Of a DNA stretch of 40,300 bases, positions 1-8,960 are shown one piece after another (positions within the stretch are counted from its first letter, which is position 1; the number at the start of each line of letters is the position of its first letter). The notes beneath the pieces are model-generated. The model made no database searches and had not been told where the DNA came from. It worked only from the letters and a program-made list of their open reading frames with translations. The position numbers were made by a program, and so were the translations under genes. The DNA is taken from positions 1 to 40,300 of the forward strand of contig URYV01000001.1 of assembly GCA_900552285.1 (NCBI GenBank), in the 5' to 3' direction. The stretch comes from an uncultured Oscillospiraceae bacterium (GTDB taxonomy: Bacteria; Bacillota; Clostridia; Oscillospirales; Acutalibacteraceae).

Positions 1-792
1 GGCAAGAGCGATTGCCGACTGCTGCATGGCGCGCATGACGAGCAGCTCGACATAAGGATTTTCGATTGCCTGCCAGATATAATCCACGCCCATAATGCTG
101 CCGAGATATGCGGTGAATGCGTGTCCCATGTTGTGAATAAAGAGCTTGCGCTCGATATAAAACTCAAAGGGAGTGAAGGGCACCATGTTCTTGATGGGGG
201 GAATTTCGCCCTTAAAGGCGGCCTTGTCGACGGGAAGAATTCCGTAGCTTTCGACGCAAACGCGGAGGGGATTGTCGCCCTTCATTTCGTCGGTCTGAAC
301 GGGAACCATACGTCCGATGGAAGCCTCAACAAAGCCGACCTTTTCGTCAAGCAGCTTCTTTTCGTCGTCGTTAAGAAGCTTGCCGATTTCCTCCTTGAGG
401 TATTTGTCGGCGCCGATAAGGTTTTCGCAGATGATGATGTTAAGGGGAGCCTTGTTCGGGTCCTGCCAACGCTTTCTCAGTCCTCCGGCGATGTTGCCGA
501 AGATGAATTTGAGGATGTTAACGCCCACGGCGGTGGCCATGACGTCGGCCTCGGCGATGGCGTCTGCAATGGCCTCGGGGTCCTTGCCGTCAACGCAGGA
601 AACGTTTTTGACCATGGACTCCTCATAGCCCTCTTTATAAAGAATACGCACGGGATATTCGTGCTGTGTGTTCAGCTGTTCGATAACTGCGGGAGCAACG
701 TCGATAAAGGCGGTCTCATAACCCGACTGTGAGAAAAGCTGACCGATAAAACCGCGGCCGATGTTGCCGGCGCCGTACATTACTGCTTTCAT
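1..792 (-). CDS. Mannitol dehydrogenase family protein (mannitol-1-phosphate 5-dehydrogenase-like). N-terminal 264 codons only; the C-terminus runs off the left edge.
   Basis: I translated the reverse strand from the ATG at 792..790, which has AAGGA 8-9 nt upstream. It reads MKAVMYGAGNIGRGFIGQLFSQSGYETAFIDV... and stays open to position 1. It has the GAGNIGRG Rossmann motif and a later NMGHA-type motif typical of MtlD-like polyol-phosphate dehydrogenases. It is absent from the ORF track because it has no in-window stop. Confidence 0.75.
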   Translation of the reverse strand, partial: MKAVMYGAGNIGRGFIGQLFSQSGYETAFIDVAPAVIEQLNTQHEYPVRILYKEGYEESMVKNVSCVDGKDPEAIADAIAEADVMATAVGVNILKFIFGNIAGGLRKRWQDPNKAPLNIIICENLIGADKYLKEEIGKLLNDDEKKLLDEKVGFVEASIGRMVPVQTDEMKGDNPLRVCVESYGILPVDKAAFKGEIPPIKNMVPFTPFEFYIERKLFIHNMGHAFTAYLGSIMGVDYIWQAIENPYVELLVMRAMQQSAIALA

Positions 793-842
793 ATTTGTCG
801 TCCTTTCATGCCCGCGGTCTTAAAGCGACTCGCGGAAAAATT

Positions 843-879
843 CACAAAAGGGGTTGCCGAAGAAGTTTTCAGCAACCCC
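843..879 (-). terminator. Rho-independent terminator downstream of the E1 gene
   Basis: The stem is GGGGTTGC (850-857) paired with GCAACCCC (872-879), with a 14-nt loop. On the minus strand it is followed by CTTTTGTGAATTTTT. It lies 24 nt after the E1 stop at 903. Confidence 0.6.
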
Positions 880-902
880 GGTTAGGGTCAAAAGACTATT
901 TA

Positions 903-3371
903 TTATACACCCTTTTCGGCTCTGCGGAGGAGCTCGGCGTCGGTGTAGCTGTGCTTTGCGGTGTAGCCGGCGATGGGCATCAGGCGCTCATGAATGGCGT
1001 CGATGATCCAAGAGGGCTGGGGATAGAACTGCTCCTTGTATTCCGAAGCGGGAGTGATCCAGTTTTCGGAACCGACGATAACGGGAGGTGCATCCAGATA
1101 ATCGAAGGCAAGGTTGGTGATGTTGGTGGCCATGTCGTTGAGGATGCTTCCGCGGCCTACCGCGTCGGAGGCAAGAACTATGCGGCCGGTCTTTTTAACC
1201 GACTCGACAACCTTCTCATAGTTGAAGGGAACGACCGAACGGGCGTCGATGACCTCGGCGGTGATGCCGTACTGCTCGCGGAGGATCTTCTCGGCTTCCA
1301 TGGCGGTGTAAAGGGTTGCGCCGATGGTGAGAATGGTAACGTCGTTACCCTCGGTGCGGATGGCGGGCTCGCCGAAGGGAATCTCATAGTATCCTTCCGG
1401 AACGCCTTCCTTAACGAATTCCTCGCCCTTATCGTAGAGCTGCTGGCTCTCGAAGAAGCAGACCGGATCGGTGCCGTTGAGGGCGGTGTTCATAAGACCC
1501 TTGGCGTCGTAAGGAGTTACGGGGTAAACAACCTTAAGTCCGGGAACATGAGCGCAGAGGGAGGTCCAATCCTGAGAGTGCTGTGCGCCGTATTTGAAGC
1601 CCACGGGAACACGGAGAACAACGGGCATCTGAAGGCCGCCGGCCGACATTGCCTGCCATTTTGCCATCTGGTTGAAAACCTCGTCGCCCGAGCAGACGAT
1701 AAAGTCGCAATACATGAGCTCGGCGATTACGCGGCCGCCGGCCATGGCATAACCTACTGCGGAGCCGACGATTGCCGACTCGGCAATGGGGGAGTTGAAG
1801 AGACGATGATAAGGCAGAGCCTCGGTCAGTCCGCGGTAAACTGCGAAAGCGCCGTTCCAGTCACGGACATCCTCACCGTAGGAAACCAGGGTGGGATCGG
1901 TGTAATATTTGTCCATAATGGCCTCGAAAAGACCGTCGCGGATGTTGTAAACCTTGGCCTTGGAGAAGGGCTTGCCGTTTGCGTCAAAGGCATAACGCTC
2001 GGAACGGGCAATCTTCTTAACGCGCTCGTTGTCTTCCTTCTTCTGGAGAACGTCGCAGGGACGGTCGTCCATCTTCTCTTTAACGCCGTTGGAGAACATT
2101 CTGCTCTCGATGTGATCGGGATGCTTGTCATAATCGGTGTAGGGAGAAATCTCAAGGTCGGAAGCAAGCTCGAACATTCTGTGGTTGCGGTCTACGACTG
2201 CGTCGTGAACGGCTTCCACTTCCTTCTTGGTGGCAACCTTGGCGTCGATGATCTGCTGGGGGAATACGGTCAGCGGATCGAGCTTTGCCCACTCTTCGAC
2301 CTCTTCCTTGGTGCGGTAGGACATGGCGTCGGAGGTGGAGTGACCGGACAGACGGTAGGTAACAACGTCGAGAAGAACGGGTCCCTTGCCCTCTTCGAGG
2401 GTCTTGCGGGCGCGGCGGTAAGCGTCGATCATGGCGAGGGGATTCCAGCCGTTGATGCGCTCGGCGTTCATCTGATTCTGAGCGATGCAGCCCAGTCTTG
2501 CAAGGTCGCCGTAGGCCATGGTCTCGCCCTTGGTCTGGCCGCCCATGCCGTAGTGGTTGTTGTTGAAGTTATAGATGATGGGAAGTCCGCCCTTATAGCC
2601 GTCCTCCCAAAGATCATTGTACTGATCCATGGCGGCAAAGTTCATGGCCTCGTAAACAGGGCCTCTTGCCGCGGCGCCGTCACCGGCGTTGGCAACAACG
2701 ATGCCGGGCTTCTTGTTGCACTTCTTGTAAAGGGCAACACCGGTAGCGATAGGACCGCTGCCGCCGACGATGGCGTTGTTGGGATAAATGCCGAAGGGGA
2801 GGAAGAAGGCGTGCATGGAGCCGCCGAGTCCTCTGGAGAAGCCGTTGTCCTTTGCGAACAGCTCGCAGGTCAGACCGTACATAAAGAAGTCGCGGGCAAG
2901 CTCTTTAACGTCGTCGGTGTCGTTGTGCTTTTTGACGATTTCATAGTTTTTGCCGTCGTTGAACTCCTTCATGATTTTGATGAGCTCTTCGTCGGAAAGC
3001 TTCTTTATGGCCGAAAGACCCTTTGCGATAACCTCATGGTGGCTTCTGTGGGTACCGAAGATGAAGTCGTCGACGTCGAGGGTGTAGGCCTGTCCTACTG
3101 CGGTTGCTTCCTCACCGATTGCAAGGTGGGAGGGGCCGGGATAGGTGAACTTTTTGCCGTTATATTCGCCCTGAAGCTTGATGCTCTGGAGCATGGTCTC
3201 AAACTCACGGATGGCGACCATGTCGGCATACATTCCGAGAAAATCTTCCTTGGAGAAATTCTTTTTCTCGTCCTTGACGGTCTTGTCGTATTCGCAAACG
3301 GGGATGTCTTTGAAGGTAATGGTACGTTTTGCGAATTTGTCTTCGGGTTTAACATACATTGACTTAGGCAT
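903..3371 (-). CDS. 2-oxoacid (pyruvate/acetoin-type) dehydrogenase E1 component, fused alpha and beta subunits, thiamine-diphosphate dependent
   Basis: This is an 822-aa ORF. The N-terminal half has E1-alpha features (GTHRSHHE, the GDGA...N TPP-binding region ANAGDGAAARGPVYEAMNFA, YRLSGHS). The C-terminal half looks like E1-beta/transketolase (pyrimidine-binding and C-terminal domains). It sits in an operon with E2 and E3. Confidence 0.88.
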   Translation of the reverse strand: MPKSMYVKPEDKFAKRTITFKDIPVCEYDKTVKDEKKNFSKEDFLGMYADMVAIREFETMLQSIKLQGEYNGKKFTYPGPSHLAIGEEATAVGQAYTLDVDDFIFGTHRSHHEVIAKGLSAIKKLSDEELIKIMKEFNDGKNYEIVKKHNDTDDVKELARDFFMYGLTCELFAKDNGFSRGLGGSMHAFFLPFGIYPNNAIVGGSGPIATGVALYKKCNKKPGIVVANAGDGAAARGPVYEAMNFAAMDQYNDLWEDGYKGGLPIIYNFNNNHYGMGGQTKGETMAYGDLARLGCIAQNQMNAERINGWNPLAMIDAYRRARKTLEEGKGPVLLDVVTYRLSGHSTSDAMSYRTKEEVEEWAKLDPLTVFPQQIIDAKVATKKEVEAVHDAVVDRNHRMFELASDLEISPYTDYDKHPDHIESRMFSNGVKEKMDDRPCDVLQKKEDNERVKKIARSERYAFDANGKPFSKAKVYNIRDGLFEAIMDKYYTDPTLVSYGEDVRDWNGAFAVYRGLTEALPYHRLFNSPIAESAIVGSAVGYAMAGGRVIAELMYCDFIVCSGDEVFNQMAKWQAMSAGGLQMPVVLRVPVGFKYGAQHSQDWTSLCAHVPGLKVVYPVTPYDAKGLMNTALNGTDPVCFFESQQLYDKGEEFVKEGVPEGYYEIPFGEPAIRTEGNDVTILTIGATLYTAMEAEKILREQYGITAEVIDARSVVPFNYEKVVESVKKTGRIVLASDAVGRGSILNDMATNITNLAFDYLDAPPVIVGSENWITPASEYKEQFYPQPSWIIDAIHERLMPIAGYTAKHSYTDAELLRRAEKGV

Positions 3372-3391
3372 ATTAAAACAACTCCTTATTA

Positions 3392-4762
3392 TTATTTAAT
3401 TTCAAACAGCGCTTCTCTGATGACCTCGCAGACGGTGGGATGGGGGAATACGATTTCCTTAAGGTTGTCCACGGTGATTTCGGTCTCTATCATCATAGCG
3501 GCGCCGTAAATTATTTCGGCGGCATAGTTTGCGATCATGTGAACGCCGAGAATTCTGCGGTATTTCTTGTCCACAATAACCTTGATTATTCCGTCTCTCT
3601 CCTCGTTCTCGGCGACATAGCGTCCGGAGAACATCATGGGGAGCTTAACGCACTCGACGTCATAGCCCTTGGCCTTGGCCGACTCTTCGGTCTCGCCCAC
3701 CGAGCCAACCTCGGGGTTGGTGTAGATGACCGAGGGAATGGCGTTATAGCGCATACGGTCCTTTTTGCCCAGCATATTGTTAACGGCGACCTCGCCCTCG
3801 CGATAGGCGGTGTGGGCAAGCATGATCTTGCCGTTGACGTCGCCGCAGGCATAAAGGCCGGCGATGTTGGTTTTCATGCACTCGTCGGTTTTAATGGCAC
3901 CGCGCTCAAGCTCGACATTAAGGGTCTCAAGTCCGTAGCCGGCGGTCACTGCGCGGCGGCCGATGGAGCAGAGCACCTTGTCGGCGGGAACCGAAGCCTC
4001 TTTACCGTTTTCGGTAAAGGTGACCTTTCCGTCGCCGACGGCGGTGACGGCGCAGCCGAGTTTAAATTCAACGCCTCTCTTGGCGTAGGTCTTTTTAAGA
4101 ATTTCGGAAATGTCGCGGTCGGTGTTGCCGGCGATGTGGTCGAGCATTTCAACAACCGTAACGTGGCTTCCCACCGAGCTGAAGTAGGCGGCCATTTCAA
4201 GGCCGATAACTCCGCCGCCGATAACTACGAGGTTTGCGGGGATCTCTTCAAGGTCGAGAATTTCGCGGTTGGTCATGACAAAGCCGTCGGAAAGACCTTC
4301 GCGAAGTCCGGGAATGGGGGGAACGACGGGAGCCGAACCGGTGGCAACAAGCAGCTTGTCGGAAATATAGGTCTCGCCCTCAGCCTCAAGCTTAAAGCCC
4401 TCGGCGTCGCGGCCGAGAATTTTGCCCTCGGCGTAGACGACCTTAACGCCCAGCTTTTTCATCTGTGCACCGATGCCCGAAACAAGGGTCTTTACAACCT
4501 TGTTTTTGCGCTCGATAACCTTTTTCTGGTCGATGGCGGCGCCGGTGGCGGTAACGCCGTAGTGGTCGCCGTTTACGACATAGTTGTAAACCTTGCCCGA
4601 ATAAAGGAGGGACTTGGAGGGAACGCAGCCTTCGTTAAGGCAAACGCCGCCCAGAGCTCTCTTTTCGATTACAAGGGTTTTAAGTCCGCCGGCAGCGGCC
4701 TTCTCTGCGGCATTGTATCCGCCGGGGCCTCCGCCGAGAACGATAAGATCATATTTTTCCAT
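3392..4762 (-). CDS. lpdA: Dihydrolipoyl dehydrogenase (E3)
   Basis: This is a 456-aa ORF with the GGGPGG FAD-binding motif, the redox-active disulfide motif CLNEGCVPSK, a second NAD dinucleotide fold (VVIGGGVIGLE) and a C-terminal dimerisation HPT motif. Confidence 0.93.
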   Translation of the reverse strand: MEKYDLIVLGGGPGGYNAAEKAAAGGLKTLVIEKRALGGVCLNEGCVPSKSLLYSGKVYNYVVNGDHYGVTATGAAIDQKKVIERKNKVVKTLVSGIGAQMKKLGVKVVYAEGKILGRDAEGFKLEAEGETYISDKLLVATGSAPVVPPIPGLREGLSDGFVMTNREILDLEEIPANLVVIGGGVIGLEMAAYFSSVGSHVTVVEMLDHIAGNTDRDISEILKKTYAKRGVEFKLGCAVTAVGDGKVTFTENGKEASVPADKVLCSIGRRAVTAGYGLETLNVELERGAIKTDECMKTNIAGLYACGDVNGKIMLAHTAYREGEVAVNNMLGKKDRMRYNAIPSVIYTNPEVGSVGETEESAKAKGYDVECVKLPMMFSGRYVAENEERDGIIKVIVDKKYRRILGVHMIANYAAEIIYGAAMMIETEITVDNLKEIVFPHPTVCEVIREALFEIK

Positions 4763-4774
4763 TTTAAATCCTCC

Positions 4775-6103
4775 TTATTTGGAAAGCAGGAGAGAGAAAT
4801 TCTCAAGTGCGTTTCTCAGGTCGACGAGGAATCTGGAAGCGGGGCTTCCGTCAAGAGCGCGGTGATCGTAGGTCAGAGACAGTCCCATGGCGGGATAGGT
4901 CTTGATTTCGCCGTTTACCTCGCGGATGCGGGTGGTGATGGTGTCAACACCGAGAATACCGGTTTGGGGAGTGTTGATAACGGGGGTGAAGCTCTCGATA
5001 CCGTAGGAGCCGACATTGGAGACGGTGAAGGATGCACCGGACAGCATGTCGGGGGTTGCTCCGCCGTTCTTGCAGGTTGTGGCAAGCTCCTTGGCCTTGG
5101 CCGAGATTTCGTTAAGGCTCATATTCTGAGCATTCTTAATGGTGGGAACCACAAGTCCTCTGTCGGTGTCCACGGCAACGCCCAGGTGAACGCCGTTAAA
5201 ATATCTCATGGTGTCGCCGTTAAGCAGATGAGCGTTGAGAGCCTTGTGCTCGGGCTTTGCAAGCACTCTCGATACGGCAAAGAGAATGATGTCGTTGAGG
5301 GTGATGTTGGCAAGACCGAGTTTCTCGCCGCTTTCCTTGACCTTCTTGCGGAACGCCATGATTTCGGTGGCGTCGAAGGAGGTGGTGTGGGTGAGCTGAG
5401 CGGCGGTGGAGAGAGAAGCCACCATCTGCTTTGCAATGACCTTGCGGATGTTGGGCATCTTCTCGTCGACATATTCGGGACCTGCCTCGGCGGGAGCGGC
5501 GGTTGCTGCGGGAGCTGCGCCGATGTCCGCAACCGAGAACTTTCCGCCGAGCCCCGTGCCTGCTGCACCGGCAAATTCGCCTGCGGCGGCATAGGTGGCG
5601 GTGGGTCCGTTTTCTATAAGGGTGCGCACGTCGCGCTCGATTATGCGGCCGTTGGGGCCGGTGGGAGCGGCAAAGTGAGGATCAATGCCGGTCTTTTCGG
5701 CAAGAGCCTTTGCGCGGGGAGAAATTTTGATGAATTCGCCAGCCTGAGCGGGAGCGGCTGCGGTGGGAACGGCGGGAGCCGCTGCGGGAGCTGCTGCGGG
5801 TGCGGCTGCGGGAGCCTCTTCGGCGTCGCCGTCAAGCTTTGGTGCAAACTCGGCGGTGCTTTCTCCCTCTTTACCTATGACGCAAACGTTGGTCATGGTA
5901 GGAATATCGTCATCCTCTTTAAAGAACTGTTCAAGCATGATTCCGTCAACCGGAGACTCTTCTTCAAGGGTCGATTTGTCGGTTTCATAGGTGAAAAGAA
6001 CGTCGCCTTTTTTTACAGCGTCGCCCTTTTTCTTGTGCCACTCGGTAAGAATACAGCTTTCGACCGAAATACCTACGTTGGGCATCATTACGGGTGTTGC
6101 CAT
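4775..6103 (-). CDS. Dihydrolipoamide acyltransferase (E2) with lipoyl domain, E3-binding domain and catalytic domain
   Basis: This is a 442-aa ORF. It has the lipoyl-lysine motif ETDKS near the N-terminus, an Ala/Pro-rich linker (APAAAPAAAPAAAPA), a PSBD-like segment (ISPRAKALAEKTGID) and the catalytic DHRALDG motif. Confidence 0.92.
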   Translation of the reverse strand: MATPVMMPNVGISVESCILTEWHKKKGDAVKKGDVLFTYETDKSTLEEESPVDGIMLEQFFKEDDDIPTMTNVCVIGKEGESTAEFAPKLDGDAEEAPAAAPAAAPAAAPAVPTAAAPAQAGEFIKISPRAKALAEKTGIDPHFAAPTGPNGRIIERDVRTLIENGPTATYAAAGEFAGAAGTGLGGKFSVADIGAAPAATAAPAEAGPEYVDEKMPNIRKVIAKQMVASLSTAAQLTHTTSFDATEIMAFRKKVKESGEKLGLANITLNDIILFAVSRVLAKPEHKALNAHLLNGDTMRYFNGVHLGVAVDTDRGLVVPTIKNAQNMSLNEISAKAKELATTCKNGGATPDMLSGASFTVSNVGSYGIESFTPVINTPQTGILGVDTITTRIREVNGEIKTYPAMGLSLTYDHRALDGSPASRFLVDLRNALENFSLLLSK

Positions 6104-6145
6104 TTATATTTCCTCCTAAAAAAGATTTTTGATTTTATATTAAAG

Positions 6146-6907
6146 TCATTCGTAAATGACCTTAACCTGCGCTTGTTCGGCAAGCTCCGTTATGTCGTCG
6201 GGGGGGCGCCTGTCGGTTATGAGAATGTCCACGTTTTCCATGTGGGCGAAGGTGAAGGGCATACTCTTTCCGAATTTGGAATTGTCGATAAGCATGATGC
6301 GCTTGTCGGCCTTGGCCATTATGCCGTTTTTGAGAACCCCTTCTTCATAATTTCCCACCGTGAAGCCGTTTTTGGCCGAAAAGGCCGAGCCGACGATGAG
6401 AGCCGTGTCGATGTTAAGGGAATTGATTATCTGGCTCGACTGATTTCCCGAGGCGGCCAGATTGTTGCGGTTTATAAGACCTCCGAGAATGGTGACCGAC
6501 GGCTTATACCGCTTGGACAGCTCCATGGCCACGTTTATACCCGAGGTAGCCACCGAAAAATTAAGGTCGGGAAGATTTCTCGCAAGAAACATTCCTGTCG
6601 AGCCGGCGTCGATAAAGACCGAGCGGCGAGGCTCGATAAATTTCAGGGCGAGATTTGCGATTTTCGTTTTGGCGTCCTGATTTTTGGTGGCGCGAAGGGC
6701 ATAAACGTCCTCCTGCTCGCCGATGGTTCGGATGTAGCGGGCGCCGCCGCGAATTCTCACGGCCTCACCCAGATTTTCGAAATATTCAAGGTCTCTTCGC
6801 AGGGTCATACTTGAAACTTCGGGAAAAAGCTTTTCCAGCTCCTTGAGCATGACGGTTCCGTTTTCGCGGAGCAGCGTCAAAACCTTTTCCCTGCGGGCAA
6901 TGCTCAT
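6146..6907 (-). CDS. DeoR/GlpR-family transcriptional regulator
   Basis: This is a 253-aa ORF with an N-terminal DeoR HTH (REKVLTLLRENGTVMLKELEKLFPEVSSMTLRRDLEYFE) and a C-terminal sugar-phosphate-sensor-like domain. It is the first gene of the E2-E3-E1 operon. Confidence 0.88.
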   Translation of the reverse strand: MSIARREKVLTLLRENGTVMLKELEKLFPEVSSMTLRRDLEYFENLGEAVRIRGGARYIRTIGEQEDVYALRATKNQDAKTKIANLALKFIEPRRSVFIDAGSTGMFLARNLPDLNFSVATSGINVAMELSKRYKPSVTILGGLINRNNLAASGNQSSQIINSLNIDTALIVGSAFSAKNGFTVGNYEEGVLKNGIMAKADKRIMLIDNSKFGKSMPFTFAHMENVDILITDRRPPDDITELAEQAQVKVIYE

Positions 6908-6958
6908 GCTTTCACCTCTGTCTGTTATTTTCTGTTACAAACTCACACTTATATGTTA

Positions 6959-6987
6959 ATTATAAAGGCTTGTCATCTTTTTGTCAA
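6959..6987 (-). promoter_or_regulatory. Consensus sigma-A-type promoter for the deoR-E2-E3-E1 operon
   Basis: On the minus strand the promoter reads TTGACA (6987-6982), a 17-nt spacer, then TATAAT (6964-6959). It lies about 50 nt upstream of the DeoR ATG. Confidence 0.7.
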
Positions 6988-7117
6988 TGGTTTTCGGGGG
7001 AAAAAAACAGGGTTTTTTCGTAAATATAAGGGAAATTTTCCAAACGAAAGCCAAAGTGTGAATTTTGCCCCTCAACAGAGCGGAAAACGGAGTTTTTTTC
7101 CCCTTTTAAGGGGCGGC

Positions 7118-7171
7118 TTTTAAAAACAAAAGCGGCCGATTTTCGGAAAGTTCCGAAAGCGTCGGCCGCTT
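7118..7171 (-). terminator. Rho-independent terminator after the HtrA-like gene
   Basis: A long hairpin pairs AAGCGGCCGA (7130-7139) with TCGGCCGCTT (7162-7171), with an inner TTCGG/CCGAA stem. On the minus strand it is followed by TTTGTTTTTAAAA. It lies about 40 nt after the stop at 7210. Confidence 0.65.
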
Positions 7172-7209
7172 AAAGTGGGCCGACGAAAGGACTGTGCCCC
7201 TTGCCGGCT

Positions 7210-8958
7210 TTATTTTTTGTTGTTGTTTTCGTCCCCGAAGAAATCATAGGGATTTTGGGTGTTGTAGGAGGCGGTGTCGTCCCCGGTGGTATAGCTCGAG
7301 CCGGAGGATGCCTTTATAAACTTCGCGGTCACGTCGAAATAAGCCCCCGTGGAGCCGTTGTATACGGTCAGCGTGACCTCGTCGCCCACAGCGGCGCTTT
7401 CCACAATGTTAAGCACCTGATCGGCCGAGACGATGTCGGTGTCGTCCACCTTGGTAATGACGTCGTTTTTGTTTATCTTGCCGTAGAGATTGCTGTCGCT
7501 GTCGACGCTTTTGACAAGCAGCCCGGTGGGCATGTTGTTCATCTCGGCGGTGACGGTATTTATATAGGTATAGGTTATGCCGAGCTTTGCCCTGTTGGTG
7601 ACGTCGCCGTATTTTTTAAGCTGGTCGATAACGCCGAGCGCACGGGTCATGGGAATGGCAAAGCAGACGTTGTCGATGTCGGTGCTTGCGTATTTTGACG
7701 AGCAAACACCTACGACCTGACCGCTCATGTTGACGAGAGCGCCGCCGGAAGCGCCGGGATTTATGGCGGCTGTGGTCTGAATGTATTTTTCCGAGGTGGT
7801 GCCGTTTGACACCCTGCGGTCGACGGCCGAGACTATACCCTGGGTAACGCTGCCCTCAAGACCTGCCGACGCGCCGATTGCAAGCACCTCTTCGCCGGTC
7901 TTGACCGCCTCGGTGGCAAAGGTGGCGGGGGTCAGGTCTCCGTGGCTTTCCATTTTGAGAATGGCCAAATCGTTTCTCGTGTCGCCCGACACAAAGGACG
8001 CCTTATAATTTGTTCCGTCGGCCATGGAAATGAGGAATGCGGCATTCGGAACCTCGGCATAGATGTGGTCGTTTGTGAGAATATAGCCGTCGGTGTCCAT
8101 GACAATGCCCGAGGCCTGCGCCGCGGCGCTGCCCGAAGCGTTATAGACGGTTATGCTGACCACGCTGTTCTGCACGGCGGTGATGACCTGCTCATAGGTC
8201 ATTGTACGGTCGCTCTGTCCTTCGGTTTTAATGTCGAAATCCGAAGGGGAGCCGTCCTTGCTGCCATCCTCGATAAGGCTCATGGAGCCGTTGTCTGCCG
8301 AGGGGTCGGACCTTGTTATGAGCATTCCAGCCGAAAGTCCCATAACGCCCACGGCGACGCAGCACACAATGCAGATAAAGGCGATAAGACCCTTGCTCAT
8401 GCCCTTTTTCGCGGGGGCGGGAGCGGGCTGACTGTTGTTGTAATACTGACCGTAGGGATAGCGGTTATAGCCGTAGGGGGGAGGGGGAGTGTTCGGACGG
8501 TAATATCCGCCGTATTGCCCGCGCTGACCGTAATAGGGGCCGCCGTAATAATTCTGTCTCGGTGGGGTATACTGCCCGTAGGCAGCGCCGCCCGCCGTGT
8601 TTTGTCCGTTGTTTTGAGCGGGATTTTGCCCGTTTCCGGGCTCGGCAGCCGACTGACCGCCGTACTGCCCCGCGTTTTGTCCGCTCCCGCCGAAATTTCC
8701 GCTGCTTTGAGCGTTTTCGGGGTGCTCGGCGGCGTTAAAGGCGGGCTGGCTTTCGGGAGGGCGTCCGTTTTGCGAATATTTTCCGAAGCTGTATGTGGTA
8801 GCGGGATTTTCGCCTTCTTCGGCCGGCTTTTGCTCGGCAGCGGAATGCTCGGCGGCGCTCCGCTCCTCTTTAAAACCGTCTGCGCAGTTTTGCGCGGCAT
8901 TTGCCTTTTCAGACGTGTCCTCAAAAGCTTCGGGAGTTTTCTTTTCAAAATCGTCCAT
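7210..8958 (-). CDS. htrA: Membrane-anchored HtrA/DegP-family serine protease with a C-terminal PDZ domain and a long low-complexity N-terminal extension
   Basis: This is a 582-aa ORF. The catalytic triad context is TNDHIY (His), NDLAILK (Asp) and NPGASGGALVN (Ser). A PDZ-like tail is present. A single TM segment (GLIAFICIVCCVAVGVMGLSAG) follows about 185 aa rich in G/Q/Y/P/N. Confidence 0.88.
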   Translation of the reverse strand: MDDFEKKTPEAFEDTSEKANAAQNCADGFKEERSAAEHSAAEQKPAEEGENPATTYSFGKYSQNGRPPESQPAFNAAEHPENAQSSGNFGGSGQNAGQYGGQSAAEPGNGQNPAQNNGQNTAGGAAYGQYTPPRQNYYGGPYYGQRGQYGGYYRPNTPPPPYGYNRYPYGQYYNNSQPAPAPAKKGMSKGLIAFICIVCCVAVGVMGLSAGMLITRSDPSADNGSMSLIEDGSKDGSPSDFDIKTEGQSDRTMTYEQVITAVQNSVVSITVYNASGSAAAQASGIVMDTDGYILTNDHIYAEVPNAAFLISMADGTNYKASFVSGDTRNDLAILKMESHGDLTPATFATEAVKTGEEVLAIGASAGLEGSVTQGIVSAVDRRVSNGTTSEKYIQTTAAINPGASGGALVNMSGQVVGVCSSKYASTDIDNVCFAIPMTRALGVIDQLKKYGDVTNRAKLGITYTYINTVTAEMNNMPTGLLVKSVDSDSNLYGKINKNDVITKVDDTDIVSADQVLNIVESAAVGDEVTLTVYNGSTGAYFDVTAKFIKASSGSSYTTGDDTASYNTQNPYDFFGDENNNKK

Positions 8959-8960
8959 GA

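Noticed and set aside
5740-5830. Tandem GC-rich nucleotide repeats (GCTGCGGGAGC-type units), considered as a VNTR or CRISPR-like repeat
   Set aside because: They encode the Ala/Pro-rich flexible linker (APAAAPAAAPAAAPA) between the lipoyl and E3-binding domains of E2. This is a normal feature of these proteins.
795-6814. Very long plus-strand ORFs (795-3362, 855 aa; 3440-6814, 1124 aa) opposite the E1/E3/E2/DeoR genes
   Set aside because: Their translations are low-complexity G/V/A/D/L-rich strings with no recognisable motifs. They lie exactly antisense to genes with strong family signatures. These are typical shadow ORFs in GC-rich coding DNA. The same reasoning applies to 7942-8976(+), 12312-13178(-), 22809-24479(-), 27737-28696(+), 32272-33159(+), 34079-35041(+), 35813-36628(+) and 39170-40186(+).
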